From assembly GCF_006345805.1 (NCBI RefSeq), contig NC_043010.1, forward strand, positions 54,746,001 through 54,810,000: a DNA stretch of 64,000 nucleotides. The letters are read 5' to 3'. Positions within the stretch are counted from its first letter, which is position 1; each line of letters starts with the position of its first letter. The notes under the pieces were generated by a model. The model was not told the origin of the DNA and ran no database searches. It saw only the letters and a program-made list of their open reading frames with translations. Of this stretch, positions 39,094 to 51,387 are shown one piece after another. Origin of the DNA: Octopus sinensis. Its lineage: Eukaryota. The position numbers and the translations under genes are program-made.

Positions 39094-39722
39094 CTTACTA
39101 CGCCTAGTGTTTCGCATAACTCGCCTCGTCAACTCATAAGCGAGGCCGTTAAAAGTGTGTACTATTTCAAAACGGTAGAAATGTATACGTGTGTGTGTGT
39201 CTATGTATAAATATTCTTTTATTTGCTTCAGTCACATTTGTCTCAACCTGATATGTGTGTGTATTTATATATGTTTTTATTCTTTTAATTGTTTAGCTTA
39301 GTAAATTTGCTGTGAAAACTGAACGATTCAAGTTTTCGGACAGACACCAGCCTTGAGAGAGAAACGATAAGAAAAGAAGATTGATCAACGCTGTAGAAGA
39401 CGAGAAAGAAATATGAAGAGAGAGAAACAAAGGATGTTTGTACTGAAAAGTTCTCTGAAACAGCGATACGGTTTAGTGTGATGAGGGCTAGTATCTGTAG
39501 TAGATTAGTAAATTTAAGCTAATGATATTGGAGAGTTCTATTGATTTAGAGGTACGTTATTGGATGAGAGGTGAGAAGAAAACGATAAAAGTATATATGA
39601 CAGCAAATAAGCAAACGCTCACATCACAGCAAAAATATAGATATGTGAACGTGTGACATGCAAAGACATGCAAGATACACACTTAATAATGACATGTATA
39701 CGGGTGTATGTATATATATATC

Positions 39723-39754
<32 letters not shown>

Positions 39755-39770
39755 TATATATATATATATG

Positions 39771-40100
39771 ATTAAAATAAGCAAGAAGTATATCCAGAGG
39801 TAATGCAGTATGATCGTTTCATGCGGACCAATTTAATTAAACAATGCAAGTATTACATCAGTTTTAAACTGTAGAGCAATCTTCAGTTGCATAAAAATAT
39901 AGAATTTAGTTAAATCTAAAAGATTCATTTTTACAGTTATTCCATGAACTTTTAAATTTAACTAAATTCTCTATTTGTATGCAGCTGAAGATTGGTCTAC
40001 ATTTTAAAACTGATGTAATGCTTGCACTGTTTAATTAATTGGAGTCGTATGAAACGATCGTACAGCTTTACATCTGGATATACTTCTTGCTTATTTTGAT
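39771..40100. mobile_element. Fold-back of a Penelope-like terminal fragment, ~152-bp arms, each with a degenerate hammerhead
   Basis: 39771-39922 is inverted at 39949-40100; ATGCAG-CTGAAGA...GAAAC GATC GT A at 39979-40068 (+) and its counterpart at 39803-39892 (-). Confidence 0.65.
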
Positions 40101-40503
40101 TAAAATTACCCCCATTTTGAATTATATCGATGATACTACACTAAATTCTGGTGCCTTTAACTTAAGTACCATATTCAACTGAATCTAAATTTTAACTGAA
40201 CTATATATGTATATATATATTATATATATAATATATATATATATAAATTCTATAATTATGAGCATATTTATAGGTTGTTGAGTATTGCTGTCTGGGTGAA
40301 TATCTTGTGGTTGTAGAATCGTATTTTAGCTGCTATTTCTAAATTTCTATATATGTGGTGAAGCAAACTTTGCTGAACCTTAATTATAATTATGCTCTTA
40401 ATTAAAGAATATTTGTATAAGTTTACCGATAATGGTTCTTTTAACATACCGAACTACTTGGTAAAATTATTTATTATTAATTGATTAATTAATTTTACAC
40501 TTT

Positions 40504-40541
<38 letters not shown>

Positions 40542-40745
40542 TATATACATATAAGTAATATTGTATTTCTATAGATGTATAGACACGGGCATACTTACAC
40601 AGTGTAGAGACATACTGAAAATATCACGCAAATCTTAGGATTAACAGAATATAAAAGTGGTTTAGAAATGTTAACGTACTGACATAAGACATACATAGCT
40701 TAATAATCTATCTAACTCCCTGCCTCTATTTTCCTATCTCTTTTT

Positions 40746-40748
40746 CTG

Positions 40749-40814
<66 letters not shown>

Positions 40815-40831
40815 CATCTATCTATGTATCC

Positions 40832-40862
<31 letters not shown>

Positions 40863-42238
40863 GTGGAAAGGATGCGTCCCGATGGTCAGGCGATCCATTT
40901 GCTGTCAACACCCGTTAAAAGGAGGGCTGGGCATGCCGTGGTTGATGATGCGCAGACACGCGCTGAGACTGCGACATCTCTGGCTCTATGTAGACGACGG
41001 TGAACAGGTGTGGTCGCCGTTTGTGAGGCACGCTTTCCCGCAGCTCGTCTCCATGACCGAACTGCAGTCGTGGATCAAAAAGAGGCCGAGGAAGGGCGAA
41101 TGGCACCGCGAGTGTCGCGTTGCTCTCAAGCAACTCTGCCGTCCTGGGTCGACCTTAAGTGACTTCAACACAACCAAAGCATTCTATAGGGGTTTAGTGG
41201 AGGGGAGGTACGACGACGAGCTCGGGGCGAACCTGGACGTCGACGAGGAGTACCTGACCCGCCTGTTCGGGACGACTTTCGGGCCAGGGCCCATGGACAA
41301 CTTCCAGAGATCCCTGGCCTGGCAGTGCTACCGAGAAGCGCTACCCGTTCGGGATAAGCTCTACAGACACGGCTCGAGAAACACGGGGCCGACCTGCCCG
41401 AGATGCGGTCAGAGCGACGAAACCGTTCTGCACGCACTCGTTCAGTGTCCAACAATTTCCGACCTGTGGCTTATGTCGAACAACTGCTGTCACGTGTGGG
41501 ACGAGTCGGTTTATCAGCTGAGTCTATCGTCAATATTGTCACGCCTCCTCCTTCAAACGGGAAGGAAGAGCTATTTTCATCATCCTTGTGGCTATGGCGA
41601 AAGAATGTATCTGGTGGACGCGTCTGAAAGGATTGGAGACAAACACTTTCCTCTCTGGTCAATCTCTCATCAACTTCTTCAAGTACCCTTGAAGAGGAAA
41701 GTGAGAGTAGAGAGGCAAGTTTTGTCTAGCGAATGTTTTAAAAAAAGATGGGTGAATGTAGCAAGAATGGCACGTATGAATGACGAAGCCACCTTGAGCA
41801 TAGTCCTATGAACCCAGAAATCGAAAACAGAGAGTTGCTTATTTGCAAAAAAAAAAAAAAAAAAAAAAAAAGATATATAAAATGTGACTCATTGACCGAG
41901 GTTACCGTGGTCTTTTCCGCAGGCTTTTCTTTCCACGGGTAAACCTCACCTGTCCTCCCCTTTACACTTCATATTGACATTTCTGTGATAACGATCCCTA
42001 TTGATCATTTTTTTTCCTCTCCCCCCCCTTTTTTTTTTTTTTTTTAACCCCCCTTATTTTTGTCCTCTTTCTCTCCTTTTACGATCCCTTTTGATCGAAC
42101 CTCCCCCTTCCCCCCCCTTTTTTTTTTTTTTTTTTTTAATACCTTCAAAAGAAAAGCTCTACCTTGTAATTTGTTCTATCTGTGTGCAGCCCTGTGTGGC
42201 TAATAAAGAAACATATCTATCTATCTCTCTATCTATCT

Positions 42239-42288
<50 letters not shown>

Positions 42289-42304
42289 CTCTATCTATCT
42301 ATCC

Positions 42305-42378
<74 letters not shown>

Positions 42379-42379
42379 C

Positions 42380-42410
<31 letters not shown>

Positions 42411-42442
42411 CTCTATCTATCTATCTATCTATCTATCTATCC

Positions 42443-42508
<66 letters not shown>

Positions 42509-42537
42509 CTCTATCTATCTATCTATCTATCTATCCC

Positions 42538-42578
<41 letters not shown>

Positions 42579-42631
42579 CATCTATCTATCTATCTATCTA
42601 TCTATCCTCTATCTATCTATCTATCTATCTG
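40746..42631. repeat. (CTAT)n array split by Tx1 copy 2 (40746-40861 and 42214-42631)
   Basis: Direct reading. Confidence 0.95.
40862..42213 (+). mobile_element. Tx1-clade non-LTR retrotransposon copy 2, 5'-truncated (ORF2 C-terminus plus ~400-bp 3'UTR)
   Basis: WKGCVPMVRRSICCQHPLKGGLGMP (FLW.G..V.R...GGLG.P) and CCHC finger CPRCGQSDETVLHALVQC; three 1-bp deletions; ends AATAAAGAAACA. Confidence 0.9.
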
Positions 42632-42766
42632 GACATACATGTACGCCTGCTTGGATACACACACACACACACACACACGCATATATATATACATACGTGT
42701 ATATGTATCTCTTTCTCTCTCCCACTCTCTCTCACTCTCTCTCCCCCTCTCTCTCTATACATACCA

Positions 42767-42801
<35 letters not shown>

Positions 42802-42807
42802 CATATT

Positions 42808-42841
<34 letters not shown>

Positions 42842-43161
42842 CACACATATAGATATATACATATATATATAACCGAAACTGCATGAATCCAATGAAAGTG
42901 ATATTTTTAAATGTAATTATCAGTTTCATTCGGCTTCACTTAACTTCTCTAAACAAGATTCGTTTATATACATATAGGTTATGTGAGGTCGTCAGGTAAT
43001 GCTGAATATGAGCTGTAGATAGACCATAGTTAAGTTTCAAGTTCGGGGTTTTTTGCGAATACGGGGGTCAACGTTGGTCGTATGTCAGCGTATGTATATA
43101 AAAAAAAAATTCGTAATGCGATAAAAAATCTACTCATCCTTGTTTTGTTTTTCATCCCATT

Positions 43162-43201
<40 letters not shown>

Positions 43202-45314
43202 AAATGATATTCATAATAATATTTATTGCTATATTATATTGCTATAATATTGACAATACCCTGTTCCAGATTCTATGAAATTATGTTAGAATAGAATGTG
43301 TGCACACTAGAAGGGCTGAATTTGAAATGTTAGCTTTAAGTAGTACTTGATCGAGTGGTGCAAGGTGAATGTTGCAATGGCAGTTTCAATGAGAGGGCGT
43401 GAAGGGTTTTCACCATAGTTATGAAATAGAATAAAGATGAATAAATGAGAGAGAACCAGGTATAATTTACAGCGTAGTATATAAATAGATTTCAACAGAT
43501 TAATTGTTGAAGAAAAGGGATGTAACGGAGATTGTCCTGTCAATACGCAGGTGTTGTGGATGAGTGAGTTGTGAAAGGATGATGTTGAAAGGAAAGCAAC
43601 GATGATTGGTTGGATTCTGACGTAAGAGTGAATGTTTGTAGAGTCTATTAACCATTAGATAGAAGGGGGTTTAATGCAGATAGCAGGTAATTTGAGAAGT
43701 TTGATGGTTCTCCCGATACTGCTCGAACGTGGTGTATTTTAACACACAACGTATCAATTGAATTCAGTGTAATAAAAGTATTATCTATACCCCTTGTAGC
43801 GAACACAATTCCACATGGAAGATATTCCATCATTCGATAACCTAATATAAAACATATCTCACTGCTGTATAACATGTCAAAGTGGAATAAGATAAACAAT
43901 TTCATTGCAGAATGATATAAATACGTACAAGAAAACAATTATTCTCAAATGATTTTTATTTGAAAATGTATTCATCTCTCTAGGAACCTGAAAATCACGT
44001 GCAATATCAAGGAACAGGCTTCTTTGTTTTACCTTGAGCTACTACGGTTACCATCCATATCAACTCAAACAATATTTCACCTTTATGATCATCGGCAAAT
44101 ACCGAGACTAAGAGCATGGATGTTGAAATTGCCAAAACTCTTAATTCATTTCTAATCGCTTATGTCATTTAAATAGATATTGGGAAATTAATCCGCCTGT
44201 ATTCAATTTGGAAGTCGGTGTGTTTTTTTGTTCTTCTGGGGTGTTGTTTACTTAATTTCCTATATCTTTTCCTGTGAACCAAAACTTTCCAAGGTCATCT
44301 CACTCAGATATTCACCAGGGGCAAAAAACCGCCACAATGTGTTTGGTTGTATCATTGTGCAAATCTGGATTGGAGCTTATCAAGAGAGAACTGATCACGT
44401 AAAACCAGCGGCATAATTGCGAATGGATTAGGTAAACTATATTTCGTCATTGGCTTTGCTAGAAATAGCAGAGAAATTATTCTCAACTGATACCTATACA
44501 TTACATTAGGAAATGTGACACAATGTCTTTAGCTAAGATGTTTTCGATTACTGTGGAAATAGGGCTCAACAACCAGAACAAAATATAACAGAACATGCGT
44601 GTTCCATAGAGTAACAATTATATTTTATGAAAAAATGTCCATTTGAAAGAAAAGTAAGATAACTGAAGATTAATGTTCGGAAACCATAGATAGTAATAGA
44701 TGCAATGCATCCAATATATCACGAAAAATATGTACTTCTTATCTTCTGAAAATAAATGTTCTCATAGTAGGTATCTTTTAATTAAATTTGCTGTAAGGCA
44801 TCCCGGTTTGAGACTGAAACAATTTATTCGGCGATTTTCTGTTAGGCATTCACCTTCATATATGGAATATATATATTAAAGAATGTACTGTAAATGAGAC
44901 ATATGAAATTGAGTTGTTTCACAAAGGAACGAGTAAATGGTTTTGTAGATCAATGCGTGATATATACGCACGCACACATACACACACACCCACACACATA
45001 CATATATATATACAAATATGAACGCATACATACATGCATGCCTTCACGCTTACATATATACAAACATTCATATATACATACACACGCATATATATATATA
45101 TAATATATACATGTGTTTATGTACATATGCACACATATGTATGTATACATACTACAAACTTATATTTTCTATACTTATCATTTATACTTATATGCATACA
45201 TATATACAAATTTAATTCGGGAGACATATTGATGTGTGTATGCATTTATATATATATATAGACACACACACATATATATAAATATATATACATATATACA
45301 TAGTATGTATATAT

Positions 45315-45354
<40 letters not shown>

Positions 45355-45356
<2 letters not shown>

Positions 45357-46127
45357 TGTATGTTTGTGTTCTGTGTTTGTCCCCGCAACATCGCTTGACA
45401 ACCGATGCTGGTGTCTTGACGTCCCTGTAACGTAGCGGTTCGGTAATAGTGACCGATAGAATAAGTACTATATTTACAAAAAATAAGTCCTGTGGTCGAT
45501 TTACTCGACTAAAGGTGGTGCTCCAGTATGGCCACAATCAAATGACTGAAACAAGTGAAAGAGTAAAGAGTAAAAGAATAAAAGAGTATGATGATTAATT
45601 CACGAAATAATAAATAATAAATTAATTAAACACCTCGCTAAAATCATACTCGTGTCTTCGGGGCTAAGAGGCTTCCTTCCAACTGGGTAGCGTGGTGCCA
45701 ATCTCTTTCCCAATAACCCAGGGCTAATCAAATCCTTGTGAGCAAATTTGGAAGAGCGAAACTGAAAGAAATGAGTCCTATATACATACGTAACTATATA
45801 TGGTGTGGCTCTGTGGTAAGAAGCTTGCTACCCAACCATATTGCTCTGGGTTCTTTTTCACATACACACACACACACATATATATACATGCATCCGTACA
45901 CCCATCCATATATATATATATATATATGTTTGTGTTTTTGCCCTACCACCATCGCTGTTGTGTGTGTCCCAACACCATGTTGTGTTTACGTCCTTGTAAA
46001 ATAGCGTTTCGGCAAATGGGATCCGATAGAATATGTACTAGGCTTACAAAGAATTAGTCCTGTGGTCATGTTGCTAGGCTAAAGACGCAGTCAAATAATT
46101 GAAACAAGTGAAAGCGTAAAAGAGTGA
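45355..46127 (+). mobile_element. Cluster of partial SINE-B copies
   Basis: 3' half 45355-45590, old 5' half about 45660-45790, internally deleted copy about 45800-46127. Confidence 0.8.
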
Positions 46128-46838
46128 TAGTTTCGGAAGATATCCACCTGAGAACATCCAGTATTCATAAAAGGGATTTAAAAAAAAATCCAATTATACG
46201 TAATAGGAAATATCCGCTTATGCATAAAATGAAATGGAATCAATAAAGTAAAACTAATAAAGGTAAAATACCGTAAAATATTAAGTGCCATAAAAGCTGG
46301 AACAATAAGATAACAAATATTTCCTAATCACAACAAAATCATTGATGTAAGTCACTGCGTGAAAAACCATAACAAAAATTTGTTTGGATTCAAATATGAT
46401 GCGATACGAAAATAAATTCATAAAGGAAATCGTATATGAGATTAAAATAATACCCACAGATTTGAATTGAAAGAGAAGAGAGAATGCATCAGTGTACGCT
46501 TAGCCACATATATAGTGTGTATATATATATATAAAGGGAAAGTTTACGAAAATAAACAAAAAGGCAAAGGCAGGGGGTGTTCAAACAAACAGATGTATTA
46601 GTATAGCGCTCAGGAATAGAAAAAGTCTTTTAGGTTTCGAGCCTACGTTGTTCTACAGAAAGATACACAGAAAAAAAACAAGGAGAGAAAAAAATGTGTG
46701 TAGTAGCTAACGATCTATCATGACGTCTGATTTCGGACGATGTATATATATATGTATATCGATAAAAACGGTAAGAAAACAAAAGAAAGATAAACCTCGA
46801 TATTATGTAAATAGAGCTATTTATCTGTAAATGTAATA

Positions 46839-47038
46839 TGTGACAATTATTTTGTAGCCATGATAATACTCCAAGTTTCGGATGTCGGAGCGCAAACCCA
46901 CGCGGGCATCTCTTCAGTTATCTGGTCATCAGAAACAATGTTATCCGATGGCCAGATAACTGAAGAGATGGCGGCGTGGATTTTCACCTCGGCATCCGAA
47001 ACTCGGACTTTTATCATGGCTACCCAATACTTGTCACA
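46839..47038. mobile_element. 200-bp fully palindromic MITE with TA flanks
   Basis: TA-TGTGACAATTATTTTGTAGCCATGATAA...TCATCAGA AACAATGTT ATCCGATGG...TTATCATGGCTACCCAATACTTGTCACA-TA; ~95-bp arms. Confidence 0.85.
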
Positions 47039-49663
47039 TACACGCAGGAACACCCACGAACACCCACGAGCATGTGTATATATATTTGTGCCAGTATGCA
47101 TTTATGTATGTGTGTATGTGTATGCGTGTGTATTAGTCCTTTATGACAAACTGCAATACATTATCCACTTGAGAGTACTGAGAGGGTTCAATAAAATAAG
47201 GGATTTGATTTTTACTGGATCAGTGACAGCGTCAAGAAATTTTGAATCTGAAAATAATGGGTTTTTTTATGATTTTTCACCCGAACGCAGAGAATATAAT
47301 AGCAATAAAATATTTTGTTGTAAGTTGACAAAGAATTATGTGCACTTAATAAGAGAAGGTGAAGCAACTCATAAATATCAGGAAATTACAAAAAGGAAAG
47401 ATATGTCATATGTATATAATAGAAATGATATTTCAAAAATTTCATTTTGGGAACGACATGCGGGTTAACAGAAACTTAAGGGAAAGAGAATTTCTTCAAG
47501 CGAAATAATGAATACGACACGAATATGAAATGAGTTCTTATAGCTGACATATTGTCAAGAAATAAAATATATAATATTACAAGGTACTCGGAAAGTATGG
47601 TGTATATTTAGATATTGATAGAAAGATATGAATCGATATGAGTGAAGATTATTGAGAAGGTTGCAAGACGCAACGAAAATTTTAGGAAAATAACTATAAG
47701 AAATAAATGGAAATTTTACCGGTGAGTGTGTTAAATTATAAGGCACAAAAAGAAAATAACTCTATCCAGACACAACACAATATGCTTCAACACATGAATT
47801 CGCATAAAGAATCTTGCAAACCAAATCCCAAAACGAGATATGAATCGGGCTATGTGGAAATTCAAATCTTATCGTCATATAAGTAAGACTATTTTTGACA
47901 ATGTAAAATCAATTCCAGTGTTACACCAGTGGTAACTGTCATTGTGTGGCGATTATATATTCTAGAAGAAAACACAGCAAACTAATAAATATTTATACTA
48001 AGGATTTATATATAAAGATTTATATATATATTTTACTAAAGATTTATATATTCACAAAATCTGAATAAACGCGACGAAATAGACAACAAAATATTAAACT
48101 ACATTTGACAACATACAAAAACAAAACATGTAGACATAAGCATTAGTATTGAACACATTCATATAGACTTTGACGTAGAAATAGTTAACGTAGTATAGAA
48201 AACAGAAATGGCTGAAAACAAATTTGGAAGAAAGACAAACTGACAAGACATAACTTTAGATAAAGCGAATAACGGCCTATACACTAAATATGTAAAGACT
48301 ATATTATGATACAGAAACGATAAAAAGTGAATATCATACAATTAACGTTAAACAATATTGATCAAATAAACCAACAAATGTCGTAAGACCGGCAGTTGAA
48401 ACTAGTGGTGAATACAAACATGCTACGTTATGAAACAAGAGGTATATCTAGGAAAATCATATACCAAATTTGCTCTATGACCGTGTGTAATAATTGTTAT
48501 TAATATTTTAAATAATGATTATTATTCTTTCTAAAATTATATTTACAGTCGCAGTTCTTGACTAGCTGTTTACGCTGTCGATGGGTAATGATAATGTTAC
48601 GTAGGTAAGATTTGAAGAACATAGCATAAAGATTGGACGCCAATGTTTTGATGTATTTTCACCAATTCTGTCAAACAAGAACCATACGGCCAACTCTGGT
48701 CCAAAAATCAAGCGGGAAATAAATCGACGTTGTGAGGGAAGAATATTGGTCCCTTCTCAATATACATTGTCCATAAAGAATTCGAAGATGTATGTACACA
48801 AGATCCTGGAAATATTGAAATCCAATATATTATGATTTAATGTTGAACCTGTAATACATATGAATAGGTGCAAATATATAATTATTATTTTACTTTATAT
48901 CTAGTTCCAGCTCACGAGCTGTGGCCATGCTGGGGCATAGGCATATATATACGAAAAAACATCAACATAAGCAAACACGCAAAATTTAAAGCCAGTACAA
49001 TCTCGCAACAAAATGTCTCGTATAAAGTGCACGATTTTATATCTAGGAAATATTAAATCAATGAAACATCTCATACACACGCTCAAATCTTCCTACTGTA
49101 TACACGTACATTTCTCTAAATCGCAGGACATGAATATTCTAAACAACATGAATTAAACCGAAGAAGGGAAAAGACAAAAAAAATGAAATTAATCACATCC
49201 ATAACTATATATTTCCTACGCTTTTAATTGCCTCTTTTTAACAGAGACCTATTATCTTTCAAGTCAAATAAATTGATGAACTTTCCATTAAAGTTGTTTA
49301 GCTGTGGCTTTATCATCAGTGGTAACAGTTTGTTAAGTCGCTTCAGTTATCATATTTTATCGCGTTAACAGCTTATTATCATAATGTTACTATTGTTTAC
49401 TTCTCAGAATGTTCGGTCTTGTTTGTTCTGGTAGATTCCGTGAGAGCAGACAGCAGCATGCCGTCAAAGATCTCGCAGTGTCTATTTCCGCTCATTATAA
49501 GCGTTGATATTTGGTTGTTAACATTCAACGTCCAAATATTAATCTCAAGATCATAGCTATCCTCAGCTGAGCATTTTGGGAAGTTTACCATGCTCTCATG
49601 TCAATTCCGATTTCATTGACATATTTCTCGAACTCGGTTGTTAGTGCTCCGAGTGTCCCTATA

Positions 49664-49770
49664 TATGCCAGGTGTACACTTATCGGACGAGTAGTCATGA
49701 TGGGTATTCTACAGGGCTTCGTAAATTTTATCCCAGTATCAATTTGATGGTACGTCCTGTTCTCTCATTC
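49664..49770 (+). mobile_element. 5'-truncated old copy of the 557-bp (TAA)n-flanked element
   Basis: Inverted match to 49840-49950; ends TTCTCTCATTC-AATATTATT. Confidence 0.75.
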
Positions 49771-49839
49771 AATATTATTATCAGCATCATCATCATCATC
49801 ATCATTAATATTATTATTACTATTATTATTATTATCATT

Positions 49840-50396
49840 GAGTGAGAGAGCAGTTCATGCCATCAAAGTGACACTGGGGTGAAATATACGAAGCCCAATA
49901 TACCCATCATGACTACCCGTCTGATAAAGGTACACCAGGCACATGCATCACAACCATATGTGCGCGACATGGTGATCTCATATCAAGATAAACAGCACAT
50001 GACCTTGCAGGTGGGGCCCAGTTAGAATTTTCGTCAGGTTGAGTAGCCCATCCCGCTCAAACGGTCCCTGAATAAGGGTTGTTTAAGGATGTTGAAAGAA
50101 CCACCCATGTTTCCAGAGGTGAACTATTCAAACTCCAAAGAATCCCTCTCAACACATGGCTATGATGTTCCCCACTACTTCTGCTCGTGATCAGAGATGC
50201 ACGTATTGTCAGCCACTAAGGGACATACTCAACTGGTTAAGGTCAAACAACTGACAAGCAAATCTGTGGTATTGAGCAGAATATTTGCTGTAGCCCATCT
50301 TTTATACCAAGACAAAACAATGTACATGATGACACTTCCAATCAGTTAAGATCAGAAGCCATGAGAGCCACTGCCTGGTACTGCATCAGGGCATTT
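49840..50396 (-). mobile_element. 557-bp non-coding retroelement with (AAT)n tail (Dong/R4-like 3' part, inferred), copy A
   Basis: Minus: (AAT)n-AAATGCCCTGATGCAGTACCAGGCAGTGGCTC...GCTCTCTCACTC-AATGATAAT. Confidence 0.7.
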
Positions 50397-50430
50397 ATTA
50401 TTATTATTATTACTATTATTATTATTATTA

Positions 50431-50473
<43 letters not shown>

Positions 50474-50476
50474 TTT

Positions 50477-51032
50477 GAGTGAGAGAGGAGTGCATGCCGT
50501 CAAAGTGACACTGGGGTAAAATATATGAAACCCATTATACCCAGCATGACTACCTGTCTTATAAGAGTACACTAGGTACATGCATCACAACCATATGTGC
50601 GCGACATGGTGATCCATATCAAGATAAACAGCACATGATCTTGCACATGGGGCCCAGTTAGAATTTTCTTCTGGTCGAGTAACCCATCCCGCTCAAAAGG
50701 TCCCTGAATAAGGGTTGTTTAAGGATGTTGAACGAAACATACATGTTTCCAGAGGTGAATTATTCAAACCCCAAAGAATCTATCTCAAAACATGGCTATG
50801 ATGTTCCCCACTACTTCTACTCGTGATCAGAGATGCACATATCGTCAGCCACTAAGGGGCATGCTCAACTGGTTATGGTCAAACAACTGAGAAGCAAATC
50901 TGTGGTATTAAGCAGAATATTTGCTGTAACCCATCTTTTATACCAGGAGAAAATAATGTACATGATAACAGTTCCAATCAGTTAGGATCACAAGCCACGA
51001 GAGCCACTTGCTGGTACTGCAACAGGGCATTT
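50477..51032 (-). mobile_element. 557-bp (AAT)n-tailed element, copy B, head-to-tail with copy A
   Basis: Same 5' and 3' boundaries as copy A; roughly 90% similar by eye. Confidence 0.7.
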
Positions 51033-51063
51033 ATTATTATTTTATGTTTGACTTTAGCATTAT

Positions 51064-51335
51064 ATTTGTACAAGTTGGCTCCAAGTCTCACCCAGAGACC
51101 CCAAGAGAAAACGTGTTGGAAATTCATGTTGGTGTTATGCCTATGGTGCCATATATTTGGTTTTGTAAATAGTGTTGTTCTAGAGAATGATAAAGAAACC
51201 ATAAGAAAATTATGTTTGTTTTAACACTTGAGATTACATAGTAAGAATTTTGCGTAGGATATTAGCAGTTTCCATAAACACTATCTTTTGAATTTCTGCC
51301 ATTTTGGGGGCTTCTTCTTCTTCTTCTTCTTCTTC

Positions 51336-51387
<52 letters not shown>

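Noticed and set aside
40882-41811. 309-aa ORF as an intact gene
   Set aside because: 5'-truncated LINE ORF2; three 1-bp deletions put part of the C-terminal region out of frame and only restore the frame by coincidence.
42214-42631. (CTAT)n as an element-encoded microsatellite tail, as in CR1/L2
   Set aside because: The same repeat lies 5' of all three truncated copies, and the copy 3 TSD contains non-repeat bases.
44293-44431. Possible host exon (AG...GTAAAC)
   Set aside because: Stop codons in all three frames.
46860-47468. 202-aa ORF
   Set aside because: It runs through a palindromic MITE and a TG microsatellite; no recognisable domain.
48605-48836. 77-codon open frame
   Set aside because: No recognisable homology and no polypyrimidine tract or donor site.
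49400-49560. RTE-type APE N-terminus on the minus strand (INIWTLNV...LSALTESTR)
   Set aside because: The motif match is too short and degenerate to call without a search.
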